Position numbers and translations under genes: made by a program
DNA from: a candidate division WOR-3 bacterium
GTDB taxonomy: Bacteria > SDB-A
Length of the DNA stretch: 48,059 bases
Direction of reading: 5' to 3'
Assembly: GCA_016934535.1 (NCBI GenBank)
Contig: JAFGSQ010000002.1
Span: 1 to 48,059, forward strand
In this document: in pieces, positions 9,635-18,210 of the stretch
How the letters are laid out: every line of letters begins with the position of its first letter
Numbering within the stretch: position 1 is the stretch's first letter
The notes under the pieces: model-generated
The model's input: the letters and a program-made list of their open reading frames with translations, nothing else
Database searches by the model: none
Told to the model about the DNA's origin: nothing

Positions 9635-10876
9635 CTAACTTGCGTTAAATTTTTTAAAAAGAATGGACACGTTGTGTCCTCCGAATCCGAAGGAGTTAGA
9701 AAGGACGTATTCAAGTACAGCGCTTCTTTTTCCTTCGGTAACATAGTCGAGGTCGCATTCAGGGTCCGGGTTGACCAGATTTATAGTCGGGTGAATTATC
9801 TGTTCATTCAAAGACAAAGCGACCACTGCGGCTTCAATTGCTGAAGCGGCTCCCAGCATGTGCCCCGTCATTGATTTTGTAGATACGACTGGTATTTCTT
9901 CGGCTCTTTTTCCGAGAGCAAGTTTTATCGCTTTTGTCTCGATTTTATCGTTGTAGGGAGTGCTCGTGCCGTGGGCATTGACGTGATCAACATCTTCAGC
10001 CATTATTCCCGCGTCCTTCAAAGCGATTTTCATCGCCATTGCCGGCCCTTCAGCCGTTTCGTCGGGGGCGGTCATGTGAAAAGCGTCGTCTGTCTGTCCG
10101 GCGCCGACAATTTCACAGTAAATTTTTGCCCCTCTGTCTTTCGCTCTTTCGTAATCTTCAAGAACCAGCAACGCCGAGCCTTCCGCCATGACAAATCCGT
10201 CTCTTTCCCTGTCGAAAGGTCTGCTGGCCGTTTCGGGATCGTCGTTTCTTGTTGATAGAGCTTTCATAACGGAAAATCCCGCTACAGAAAGCGGCGTTAT
10301 GGAACACTCTGATCCGCCTGCCAGCATAACGTCTGCTTCTCCTCTTTGAATGATTCTGGAAGCAGACACTATGGCGTGACCCGAAGATGCACAGGCACTT
10401 GAAACCGAGTAATTGGGTCCTTTCAGTCCGAATCTGATGGCAACCATACCCGAAGCCATGTTTATAATCATCATCGGAATAAAGAACGGGGAAACTTTAT
10501 CGGGTCCTTTGTTGAGAAGGGTTTTGTGCTGTTCTTCCCAGGTGAAGTTTCCGCCTATTCCGGATGAAATTATCGAACCGATCCGGAATTTGTCAATTTT
10601 TTCGAGATCGAGTCCTGAATCCGCTATCGCTTCCGCTGCGGCAAAGATCGCATATTGAATGTAAGGATCCATTCTGCGAATATCTTTCCTGTCGAGAATA
10701 GAAGAAGGATCGAAATTCTTGACTTCGCCGGCAATTTTCACAGAAAGCAAGTCGGTGTCGAATTTTTTTATTGTCGATACGCCCGAATTGCCTTCGAGAA
10801 GTTTCTGCCAGGTCGTTTTTACGTCGTTAGCGACCGGATTAACTGTACCCAAACCAGTTATTACAACTCGTTTCAT
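9635..10876 (-). CDS. fabF: 3-oxoacyl-ACP synthase II
   Basis: SACASS, NAHGTST, KSMTGH, SNSFGFGGHN. Confidence 0.97.
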   Translation of the reverse strand: MKRVVITGLGTVNPVANDVKTTWQKLLEGNSGVSTIKKFDTDLLSVKIAGEVKNFDPSSILDRKDIRRMDPYIQYAIFAAAEAIADSGLDLEKIDKFRIGSIISSGIGGNFTWEEQHKTLLNKGPDKVSPFFIPMMIINMASGMVAIRFGLKGPNYSVSSACASSGHAIVSASRIIQRGEADVMLAGGSECSITPLSVAGFSVMKALSTRNDDPETASRPFDRERDGFVMAEGSALLVLEDYERAKDRGAKIYCEIVGAGQTDDAFHMTAPDETAEGPAMAMKIALKDAGIMAEDVDHVNAHGTSTPYNDKIETKAIKLALGKRAEEIPVVSTKSMTGHMLGAASAIEAAVVALSLNEQIIHPTINLVNPDPECDLDYVTEGKRSAVLEYVLSNSFGFGGHNVSILFKKFNAS

Positions 10877-10908
10877 CTATACTGCCTTTTTTTATCGCTA
10901 TAGATTTT

Positions 10909-11199
10909 TTATTCTTCCTCTTCTCCGTCTTTTCCTGGGCTGTCGCCTTTTTCTGCGAGAGCTTTTTCCAGATAATCAACCGAGTCGCCGACGGTCTCAA
11001 GCTTTTCCGCGTCTTCGTCGGGTATGTCTATGTCAAATTTTTCCTCGAAAGCCATGATAAGTTCGACCAAATCCAATGAATCGGCTCCAAGATCTTTCAC
11101 GTATTTCGAATCCAGCGTGACCTGCGCGTCATCTACGCCGAGTCTTTCGACGATGATTTTTTTTACTTCTTTCTCCAAGCTGGATCTGTCGGGCGCCAT
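10909..11199 (-). CDS. acpP: Acyl carrier protein
   Basis: [28 protein letters not shown]. Confidence 0.97.
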   Translation of the reverse strand: MAPDRSSLEKEVKKIIVERLGVDDAQVTLDSKYVKDLGADSLDLVELIMAFEEKFDIDIPDEDAEKLETVGDSVDYLEKALAEKGDSPGKDGEEEE

Positions 11200-11223
11200 A
11201 ACAACCTCCTTAAATTTTAATTA

Positions 11224-11964
11224 TTACATTGCCAGACCGCCGTCTAATCTGATCGTCTCTCCCGTGATGTAAGACGCTTCATCGCTTACAAGAAAAGATA
11301 CGACATCGGCGACGTCTTTCGGCGCTCCGAATTTTCGCGCCGGTATGCTATTCATATATGTTGTTTTAACTTCTTCAGAAAGCTTCATCGTCATGTCCGA
11401 TTCTATGAATCCGGGGCAGACGGCGTTGACTGTTATTCCTTTTGAAGCGACCTCCTTTGCTGTCGATTTTGTAAGTCCTATCAATCCGGCTTTTGACGAA
11501 GCGTAATTGGCTTGTCCGGCGTTGCCGAAAAGGCCGATAACCGATGATATGTTTACTATTCTGCCTGATTTACTTCTTATCATCTGCCTGATTACGGTTT
11601 TTGTACAGACAAAAGCGCCGACGAGGTTGACTTCCAGGACCTTTTTAAAGTCATCGACGGACATTTTCATAATCAGGTTGTCTCTTGTTATGCCTGCATT
11701 GTTTATCAGAACGGAAATTATATCGCCTTTATCGGTTATGATTTTGAGGGCGTCTTCGCAGGATTTTTCATCCGTTATGTCGACTTTGGAAAAAAAACAT
11801 TGCGCCGGTATGGTTCGCATCTCTTCTGCGGTTTTTTCCCCCTCTTGATCCAGGACGTCCCATATATATACTTTGTATCCTTTTTCGCACAGCTTCTTTG
11901 TTATTTCTTTTCCTATGCCCCTCGCTCCACCCGTGACGACAGCCGTCATGTTTTTTTCTTCCAT
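11224..11964 (-). CDS. fabG: 3-oxoacyl-ACP reductase
   Basis: TGGARGIG, NNAGITRD, GQANYASSK. Confidence 0.96.
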   Translation of the reverse strand: MEEKNMTAVVTGGARGIGKEITKKLCEKGYKVYIWDVLDQEGEKTAEEMRTIPAQCFFSKVDITDEKSCEDALKIITDKGDIISVLINNAGITRDNLIMKMSVDDFKKVLEVNLVGAFVCTKTVIRQMIRSKSGRIVNISSVIGLFGNAGQANYASSKAGLIGLTKSTAKEVASKGITVNAVCPGFIESDMTMKLSEEVKTTYMNSIPARKFGAPKDVADVVSFLVSDEASYITGETIRLDGGLAM

Positions 11965-11965
11965 T

Positions 11966-12895
11966 TCAGCCCCCGTTCTCTTTAATAAAATCGTTCACGC
12001 TTTGTGTGCCCGACAGGCAAACAGTTTCAATTTCATTTTCCGTCTTTTTGACGAGCGAGGACAAAACCGGTTTCGGAGAGAATTCAATGACTCGTTCGAC
12101 TCCGTTTTCTTTGAGGAACCGAATGGTCTGAAGCCACTTGACCGGACCGGTCATTTGCTCCATCATCGCCGCTTTCAGATCGCCGGGAGAAGAAACAGGC
12201 AAAGCCGATATGTTTACCAGGACCGGTTTTGATGCGTTTTTCACGCTGACGGTGCCGACGACTTCGGAAAATTTCTGTGCCGCTTCTTTCATCAGAGGCG
12301 AATGAAACGCCGCTGAAACGTCAAGAAACACGCATTTTTTCGCCCCCATGGATTTGCAAATACCGACGGCTCTTTCGACAGCGTCGCTTTCCCCGCTGAT
12401 CACTATCTGAGAGGGACTGTTGTAATTGGCAGGTACGGCTATTCCTCCAGCCTCAGAACATGCTTTTTCCACTTCCTGGGGGCTGAGACCGACTATCGCG
12501 GCCATCTTTCCGGGCGTTTTAGCGCCCGCTTCGCTCATTAACTCGCCTCTTTTTCTGACGAGTTTGAGGGCATCCCCAAATTCTATCGCTCCTGCGGCCG
12601 TGTGAGCGGTGTATTCGCCAAGGCTGTGTCCGGCAAAATACTCGGCTTCTTTCGCGTATCCCTTTACAAGATCGTAAATGCAAAAAGCATGGAGAAGCAG
12701 GGCGGGTTGCGCGTTTTTTGACTCCGTCAAAGCTTCCTGCGGACCTTCGAACATTATTTTTTTCAAATCAAAACCGAGAATATCGCACGCCTCGTCAAAG
12801 AGGATTTTAGTCTGCGGAAAGTCCGTATAGACGTCCTTTCCCATTCCCGATTGCTGAGCTCCCTGGCCCACAAAAATGAGAGCCGTTTTTTTCAT
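11966..12895 (-). CDS. fabD: Malonyl-CoA:ACP transacylase
   Basis: GQGAQ, GHSLGEY, AFHS. Confidence 0.96.
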   Translation of the reverse strand: MKKTALIFVGQGAQQSGMGKDVYTDFPQTKILFDEACDILGFDLKKIMFEGPQEALTESKNAQPALLLHAFCIYDLVKGYAKEAEYFAGHSLGEYTAHTAAGAIEFGDALKLVRKRGELMSEAGAKTPGKMAAIVGLSPQEVEKACSEAGGIAVPANYNSPSQIVISGESDAVERAVGICKSMGAKKCVFLDVSAAFHSPLMKEAAQKFSEVVGTVSVKNASKPVLVNISALPVSSPGDLKAAMMEQMTGPVKWLQTIRFLKENGVERVIEFSPKPVLSSLVKKTENEIETVCLSGTQSVNDFIKENGG

Positions 12896-13845
12896 TTTTT
12901 CTGTGCCGAAAGTTGTTCGGATAAAAATCCGTTTATGTTTTTAGCAAAAGCTTTTTTTACGCTGCAAAGTCCGTTTTTCACTCCCAGAGGAGAAGCTTTT
13001 CCATGTCCGATGAAAACTATGCCGTTTACACCTATCAAGGGAGCCGCGCCGTATTCGTCCGAAGTCAGTTTTTTAACCATGTCGTAGGGTATTTGTATCG
13101 ATTTACCCAGAAAGGAGGTCAGAAATATTATCATGCTCTCGGCGAATTTAAGGACCACGTTACCGACGAAACCGTCCATTACTATCACATCCGACTTCCC
13201 TTTGAAAATATCGCTTCCTTCAATGTTCCCTATGAAATTTAGATTGCTTTTTTCGAAGAGTTTGTGAGCGAGCAGTGTCTGTTCATTTCCTTTCGACGGT
13301 TCTTCGCCTATGGAGATCAGACCTATTCTGGGTTTTTCGCAGTCGAAAAGTTTCGAGTAATATATTGATCCCATCTGTCCGAATTGATACAAAACGGAAG
13401 GTTTGCAGTCGACGTTTGCCCCTCCGTCGACTATAAGGGTTGGATCGGCTATCGTCGGAAAAAGACACGCCACTGCAGGTCTTGATACGTTTTTTATCCT
13501 GCCGAGGTTTACAAGTGCGAAAGCCATTACGACTCCTGTGTTGCCTACGGAGAAGAACGCATCCGCTTTGCCTTCTTTGTGCAGTTTCAATCCGACGCTT
13601 ATTGAAGAATCTGTTTTGGTCTTGAGTGCCTCTGACGGGCTTGTGTGCATGTCAACCGAACCGCCTGACTCTGTGAACTCGAGTTTTTTCTCTTTTTTTA
13701 TCCACGCGTTGTTTTCTAAAACGCTTTTCTCGCCGACAAGGATGACTTTGTCTTCTTCCGGCGACGATTCAATAAAAAGCTTCACGCCTTCCAAGACGGG
13801 TAAGGGCCCTTCGTCTCCGCCCATCGCGTCCATGGCAATAATCAT
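12892..13845 (-). CDS. plsX: Phosphate acyltransferase
   Basis: DAMGGD, GNTG, DGGANVD, DGFVGN. Confidence 0.96.
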   Translation of the reverse strand: MIIAMDAMGGDEGPLPVLEGVKLFIESSPEEDKVILVGEKSVLENNAWIKKEKKLEFTESGGSVDMHTSPSEALKTKTDSSISVGLKLHKEGKADAFFSVGNTGVVMAFALVNLGRIKNVSRPAVACLFPTIADPTLIVDGGANVDCKPSVLYQFGQMGSIYYSKLFDCEKPRIGLISIGEEPSKGNEQTLLAHKLFEKSNLNFIGNIEGSDIFKGKSDVIVMDGFVGNVVLKFAESMIIFLTSFLGKSIQIPYDMVKKLTSDEYGAAPLIGVNGIVFIGHGKASPLGVKNGLCSVKKAFAKNINGFLSEQLSAQKK

Positions 13846-13848
13846 GAT

Positions 13849-14034
13849 TTATTTTTCCTCTTTAACCTTTACTACTTCCTTGTCCTTGTAAAAACCGCAG
13901 TTCCTGCATACGCTGTGCGGGAGATTTAAACTACCGCATTTCTTGCATTTTGTCAAAGACGGGATAGTAGCTTTCCAGTGTGTTCTTCTTTTTTTTCCCC
14001 GGGTCGAGGACTGCCTTTTTTTCGGGAGCGCCAT
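13849..14034 (-). CDS. rpmF: 50S ribosomal protein L32 (Zn-ribbon form)
   Basis: MALPKKRQS..RRTH..CKKC..HSVCRNCGFY. Confidence 0.96.
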   Translation of the reverse strand: MALPKKRQSSTRGKKRRTHWKATIPSLTKCKKCGSLNLPHSVCRNCGFYKDKEVVKVKEEK

Positions 14035-14053
14035 ATTTTCCTCCTGTTATCTA

Positions 14054-14575
14054 TTAGCCTTTATTGCCGTTATTGCCGTTTTCATCGGCATAACCGGCAT
14101 CGCCGGCAAGGTCACAACCACAGACTTTATTGTTCAAATTTTCTCCGCACGAAGGACAAAGACCTTTGCAATCTTCCTTACAAAGAGGTCTCATGCCTTC
14201 ATCCAATATGATCATGTCTCTTATTATATTAGTCAAATCCGCAACTTTATCTATTATCTGAACGATTCCATCGTCCTCGACGAAACTTTCCTTATCAGAA
14301 ATAACAGCTTCGGCCCATTCAGTCAACTCCGATCTTTTAACAAAATTCTCAAGGCATCTCGAACAGATCAGCTCTCTTTCAAAATCAATTTTCAAAGTGA
14401 TCTCCGCGCTGTTTTTTCCGGGATTGACTTTTACAAAAAACTCTCCTTTTTTCAGGCCTTCTATTGAAAACTCCCCGATCGGCAGATCCCCTCTTTTTTC
14501 CACAGGAATTCCTTCTGAAAAATCTATTCTCACTTTCAGGATTCCGTCTGTAATGCCGCGATTTGCGTCTTTCAT
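14054..14575 (-). CDS. yceD: DUF177/YceD protein
   Basis: CSRCL and LCKEDCKGLCPSCGENLN; canonical position upstream of rpmF. Confidence 0.92.
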   Translation of the reverse strand: MKDANRGITDGILKVRIDFSEGIPVEKRGDLPIGEFSIEGLKKGEFFVKVNPGKNSAEITLKIDFERELICSRCLENFVKRSELTEWAEAVISDKESFVEDDGIVQIIDKVADLTNIIRDMIILDEGMRPLCKEDCKGLCPSCGENLNNKVCGCDLAGDAGYADENGNNGNKG

Positions 14576-15522
14576 TTTTCTATTATCGTCCCTGTCTTCC
14601 CGGCAAAAGCTTCCGCGGCTTTGTCGAGGTCGGTAATAATAACTTTTTTACCGCCTTTTTCAATAAAATCCACAGCCGCTTCAATTTTCGGACCCATGCT
14701 TCCGGCCGGAAACTGACCTTCTGAAAGATATTTTCTTGCCGTTTTGATGTCCAATCGGTCGAGAGCCATCTCGTTGTCTTTTTTATAATTTATGACCACT
14801 TTTTCTACGCCGGTCAGAATAACGAGCAGTTCAGCGCCTATCTCCGCTCCAAGAACCGCTGAAGCCCTGTCTTTGTCTATAACCGCGTCCAATCCTTCAA
14901 GCGATCCGTCTTCAAGATAATAAACAGGAATTCCTCCTCCTCCGGCCGCGATTACTATCCCGCCTTTTTCCAAAATTGACAGTATTGCGTCTTTTTCGAC
15001 TACAGAAATCGGTTTTGGCGAAGGAACGACTCGTCTGTAACCCCTTCCGGCATCTTCTTTTACGATCCATCCTCTCGCTTCGAGTACAGGAACGTCTTTT
15101 TTACCGTAAAATATTCCCACTGGTTTTGTTGGATTCTTAATTGACGGATCTTCCGGCGAAACTACTATCTGGGTGACTATCGGCGTGACATCTTTTATTA
15201 TGTTGTCTTTTAGAAGCCTGTTGTGAAGGGATTGAGCTATCATATACCCTATCCATCCCTGAGTTGAAGCGTCAATGACTCCGAGTGGCTGAGGCGGTAT
15301 TTCGTCCGAGCACTTTTCGTTCCTCAGAAGTTCGTGCCCCGCCTGTGGTCCGTTTCCGTGTGTTACCACAACATTGTATCCCTCTTCAATCAGGTGTATT
15401 ATTCCGCCGAGACTCTTTCGCGTGTTGGCAAACTGTTCGTAAATAGTGCCTTTCTGTCCCTCCCTTATCAGAGCGTTGCCTCCGAGGGCTATTATCGCCA
15501 CGGGTTTTTTTTCAGGTTTCAT
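14572..15522 (-). CDS. arcC: Carbamate kinase
   Basis: ALGGNA, THGNGPQ, YRRVVPSP, GGGGIPV, VIDKD, GSMGPK. Confidence 0.96.
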   Translation of the reverse strand: MKPEKKPVAIIALGGNALIREGQKGTIYEQFANTRKSLGGIIHLIEEGYNVVVTHGNGPQAGHELLRNEKCSDEIPPQPLGVIDASTQGWIGYMIAQSLHNRLLKDNIIKDVTPIVTQIVVSPEDPSIKNPTKPVGIFYGKKDVPVLEARGWIVKEDAGRGYRRVVPSPKPISVVEKDAILSILEKGGIVIAAGGGGIPVYYLEDGSLEGLDAVIDKDRASAVLGAEIGAELLVILTGVEKVVINYKKDNEMALDRLDIKTARKYLSEGQFPAGSMGPKIEAAVDFIEKGGKKVIITDLDKAAEAFAGKTGTIIEK

Positions 15523-16832
15523 TTTATTTTCGAAAGAACATCTGATATGTCCGGTTTTCCGATTTCCTGAAGTTCGTAATTAACCCTGACCCAGGGGTGT
15601 TTGATTTTGCAGATTCTCGAAAGATCTATAGGCGTTGCTATAACAACTATTTCGACGTCCATGGCGTTTATTGTTTTTTCAAGGTCGGAGACCTGTTTTT
15701 CTCCGTATCCCATCGCCGGCAGAATGCTTCCTGTTCCGGGATACTTTTCGTAAGTCTCTTTGATTGTGCCGACCGCCCATTTTCTCGGGTCAACAATTTC
15801 ACTCGCGCCGTATTTTTTGGCCGCGACGACTCCCGCTCCGTAGGTCATTGATCCGTGAGTCAAAGTCGGACCGTCCTCGATGACGAGAGCTCTTTTTCCT
15901 TTTATTTTTTCGTGCCCTTCAACTGTCAAGGGTGAAGCGGCATCAATTACAGTTGCTCCGGGATTGAACTTCTCTATGTTCTTTCTGACTGTTTCAACTC
16001 CTTCGGGGTATGCGACGCCTATTTTATTTATGACTATAACATCCGCCATCCTAAGATTTGTCTCTCCCGGATGATACTGAATTTCGTGTCCGGGTCTCAG
16101 GGGATCTACAACGACAATGTGGATGTCCGGCTTGAAAAACGGAAGATCGTTGTTTCCTCCGTCCCACAGAACCACATCAGCCTCTTTTTCGGCTTCTCTT
16201 AGTATTTTCTCGTAGTCAACGCCCGCGAAGACGGTTACGCCGTTTTCAATGTGGGGTTCGTACTCTTCCATTTCCTCGATAGTGCAGTCGAATTTTTTCA
16301 GATCGTCTTTAGTGGCGAATCTCTGAACCTGCTGTTTTACAAGGTCCCCGTATGGCATGGGATGTCTGACAGCGACCACCTTTTTACCCTTTTTAATAAG
16401 TTCCTGCGAGACTTTTCTCGTCGTCTGACTTTTACCGCAGCCCGTTCTGACTGCGCAGACAGCAACAACCGGTTTCGAACTTTTTATCATGGTCTCTTTC
16501 GGACTCAAAAGCCAAAAGCTCGCTCCGCAAGCGTTGACCCTGCTGGCAATGTGCATGACGTATTCGTGGGACACGTCCGAATATGAGAAAACGCAGACGT
16601 CTATGTTTTTCTCTTTAATCAGATCTTCCAAACGATTTTCAGATTCAATCGGTATTCCGCCCGGATACATTTTCCCCGCAAGTTCTTCGGGATATTTTCT
16701 TCCGTCAATATCGGGAATCTGCGTGGCGGTGAAAGCCGCAACCTTGTAATTGCCGTTGTCCCTGAAAAACATGTTGAAATTGTGAAAATCTCTTCCTGCC
16801 GCTCCGAGAATTAAGACATTTTTCGCTTCCAC
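15519..16832 (-). CDS. arcE: P-loop protein of the cDPG-synthetase-like 'GTPase' family; probable arginine synthetase
   Basis: GAAGRDFHNFN, AFTATQIP, VRTGCGKSQ, RHPMPYG, TIEEMEEYEPH, WDGGNND, EDGPT, LPAMGY. GTG start after AGGAGG; ATGA overlap with arcC. The family call is strong; the ArcE function is inferred from family knowledge and context. Confidence 0.7.
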   Translation of the reverse strand: MEAKNVLILGAAGRDFHNFNMFFRDNGNYKVAAFTATQIPDIDGRKYPEELAGKMYPGGIPIESENRLEDLIKEKNIDVCVFSYSDVSHEYVMHIASRVNACGASFWLLSPKETMIKSSKPVVAVCAVRTGCGKSQTTRKVSQELIKKGKKVVAVRHPMPYGDLVKQQVQRFATKDDLKKFDCTIEEMEEYEPHIENGVTVFAGVDYEKILREAEKEADVVLWDGGNNDLPFFKPDIHIVVVDPLRPGHEIQYHPGETNLRMADVIVINKIGVAYPEGVETVRKNIEKFNPGATVIDAASPLTVEGHEKIKGKRALVIEDGPTLTHGSMTYGAGVVAAKKYGASEIVDPRKWAVGTIKETYEKYPGTGSILPAMGYGEKQVSDLEKTINAMDVEIVVIATPIDLSRICKIKHPWVRVNYELQEIGKPDISDVLSKIK

Positions 16833-16981
16833 GATTTCCTCCTGCTGCAAGTTCAAAATTGAAAAACGCTATCCGGGGAGCTTTACTCAAAGCTTCCAAA
16901 ACCCGAAAATCTAAAACGGTGCTGAAAAAAACGTATATTTTCCTTTAAAATCCTTTTCTATGTCAAGTTGTTTTTTGGCCT

Positions 16982-18133
16982 TCAGATGCCGAGAACTAAT
17001 CTGAATCCGAGAGTGTTGGCCTTGACAAAAGCGAAAGCGCAGGAAGGATCCGACAAACCTCTTTTGGCGCACCTTACATTTTCTTCGCCGTCAAACCAGG
17101 ATCCTCCCCTGATGACTCTGTAAGAGCCGTTCTGCGGTCCTCTCGGGTCGCTTGACGGGGACGAAGCGTAATAGTCGCTCCCGTAAAAATCGTTGCACCA
17201 TTCCCAGACATTTCCTGAGACATTGTACAATCCGAATCCGTTGACATCATAAGACACAACCGGTGCCGTGAATTCATAAAAAGGATCGTCCTGCCAATTG
17301 CACATATCGAAAGGACTGCCGTTTCCCCATGGATAATACTCTGAAACCAGTCCGCCTCTGGCTGAAAATTCCCATTCTGCTTCGGTCGGAAGCCTGTACC
17401 CCCCTGTAAATCTGCACTGCCATGTAATTGTGTCGTATTGTTGTTCGTAGCCTTCGATTGAAGAAAGCCAATTGCAGTATCGGGCTGCGTCAAACCAGGA
17501 GACCATTACTACAGGATAATCGGGAAAACTGTCGAAATAATTGCTCATGCCCTGAAAACCCGGGTCGGGAGGATACTGATAAGAAGTCAGATCACAAAAT
17601 TGCCTGTATTCGGAGTTCCTCACTTCCCTTTTTGAAATGTAAAAAGAGGTCAAAGCGACTGAGTGAACAGGACTTTCATCAGGGCAATGTCCAGGTTCAG
17701 TCGAATCGCTCCCCATGTAAAATACGCTGTCGCAGATTATCAGTACGAGCTCGTTTTCAATGATTTTATCAATTATGAAATAACCTTCGTTGGTGTCGAA
17801 AACTGCCGTGTCCTGTGAAGACCTGATTTTTATCATGGCTTTGGCAGTCCTGACTTGCGGAACCGTCCAGACAAGAAAAAGACCCGAAACGCCTGTGTCA
17901 ATTGCAATCCACGGAGAATCGTCTTTTATTCTGTAATACACGTCCACCTGGGTAACATCGCCTTCTTTGTACCAGCTGATAGTGTATGCGCTGTCTTGCA
18001 GCAAAAAATCGCCTTCCTTCGGAGAGACTACTGTTATTCTCTTCTCCGGAGGAGGTTCGGGTTCAGTGCCTGATTTTTTTGTGCAATATGAAAGAGACAG
18101 AGCCAACAATAATAATATTAACCTGCGAGGCAT
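16982..18133 (-). CDS. Lipoprotein with N-terminal Ig-like domain and FGE-sulfatase (SUMF1/CLec-fold) domain
   Basis: Lipobox LSYC; FYMGS, VSWFDA, YRLPTEAEWE, NGFGLY, GNVWEW, RGGSW, GFR. Confidence 0.88.
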   Translation of the reverse strand: MPRRLILLLLALSLSYCTKKSGTEPEPPPEKRITVVSPKEGDFLLQDSAYTISWYKEGDVTQVDVYYRIKDDSPWIAIDTGVSGLFLVWTVPQVRTAKAMIKIRSSQDTAVFDTNEGYFIIDKIIENELVLIICDSVFYMGSDSTEPGHCPDESPVHSVALTSFYISKREVRNSEYRQFCDLTSYQYPPDPGFQGMSNYFDSFPDYPVVMVSWFDAARYCNWLSSIEGYEQQYDTITWQCRFTGGYRLPTEAEWEFSARGGLVSEYYPWGNGSPFDMCNWQDDPFYEFTAPVVSYDVNGFGLYNVSGNVWEWCNDFYGSDYYASSPSSDPRGPQNGSYRVIRGGSWFDGEENVRCAKRGLSDPSCAFAFVKANTLGFRLVLGI

Positions 18134-18177
18134 CTTTCCTCCGATTCTTGATTTATTTCTGAAAGGAATTATACAAC

Positions 18178-18210
18178 AAAAAAAGGGGGGTAAAAACCCC
18201 CCTTTTTTTT
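18178..18210 (-). terminator. Intrinsic terminator ending the pilus/adhesin operon (symmetric)
   Basis: Minus strand directly after TGA: A7-GGGGGGT-TTTT-ACCCCCC-T7. Confidence 0.88.

Noticed and set aside
15519-16832. Literal annotation as cyclic 2,3-diphosphoglycerate synthetase
   Set aside because: No 2-phosphoglycerate kinase nearby; the overlap with carbamate kinase favours an arginine-related role.
16982-17120. Diversity-generating retroelement at the FGE-domain C-terminus
   Set aside because: No reverse transcriptase or template repeat seen in the window.
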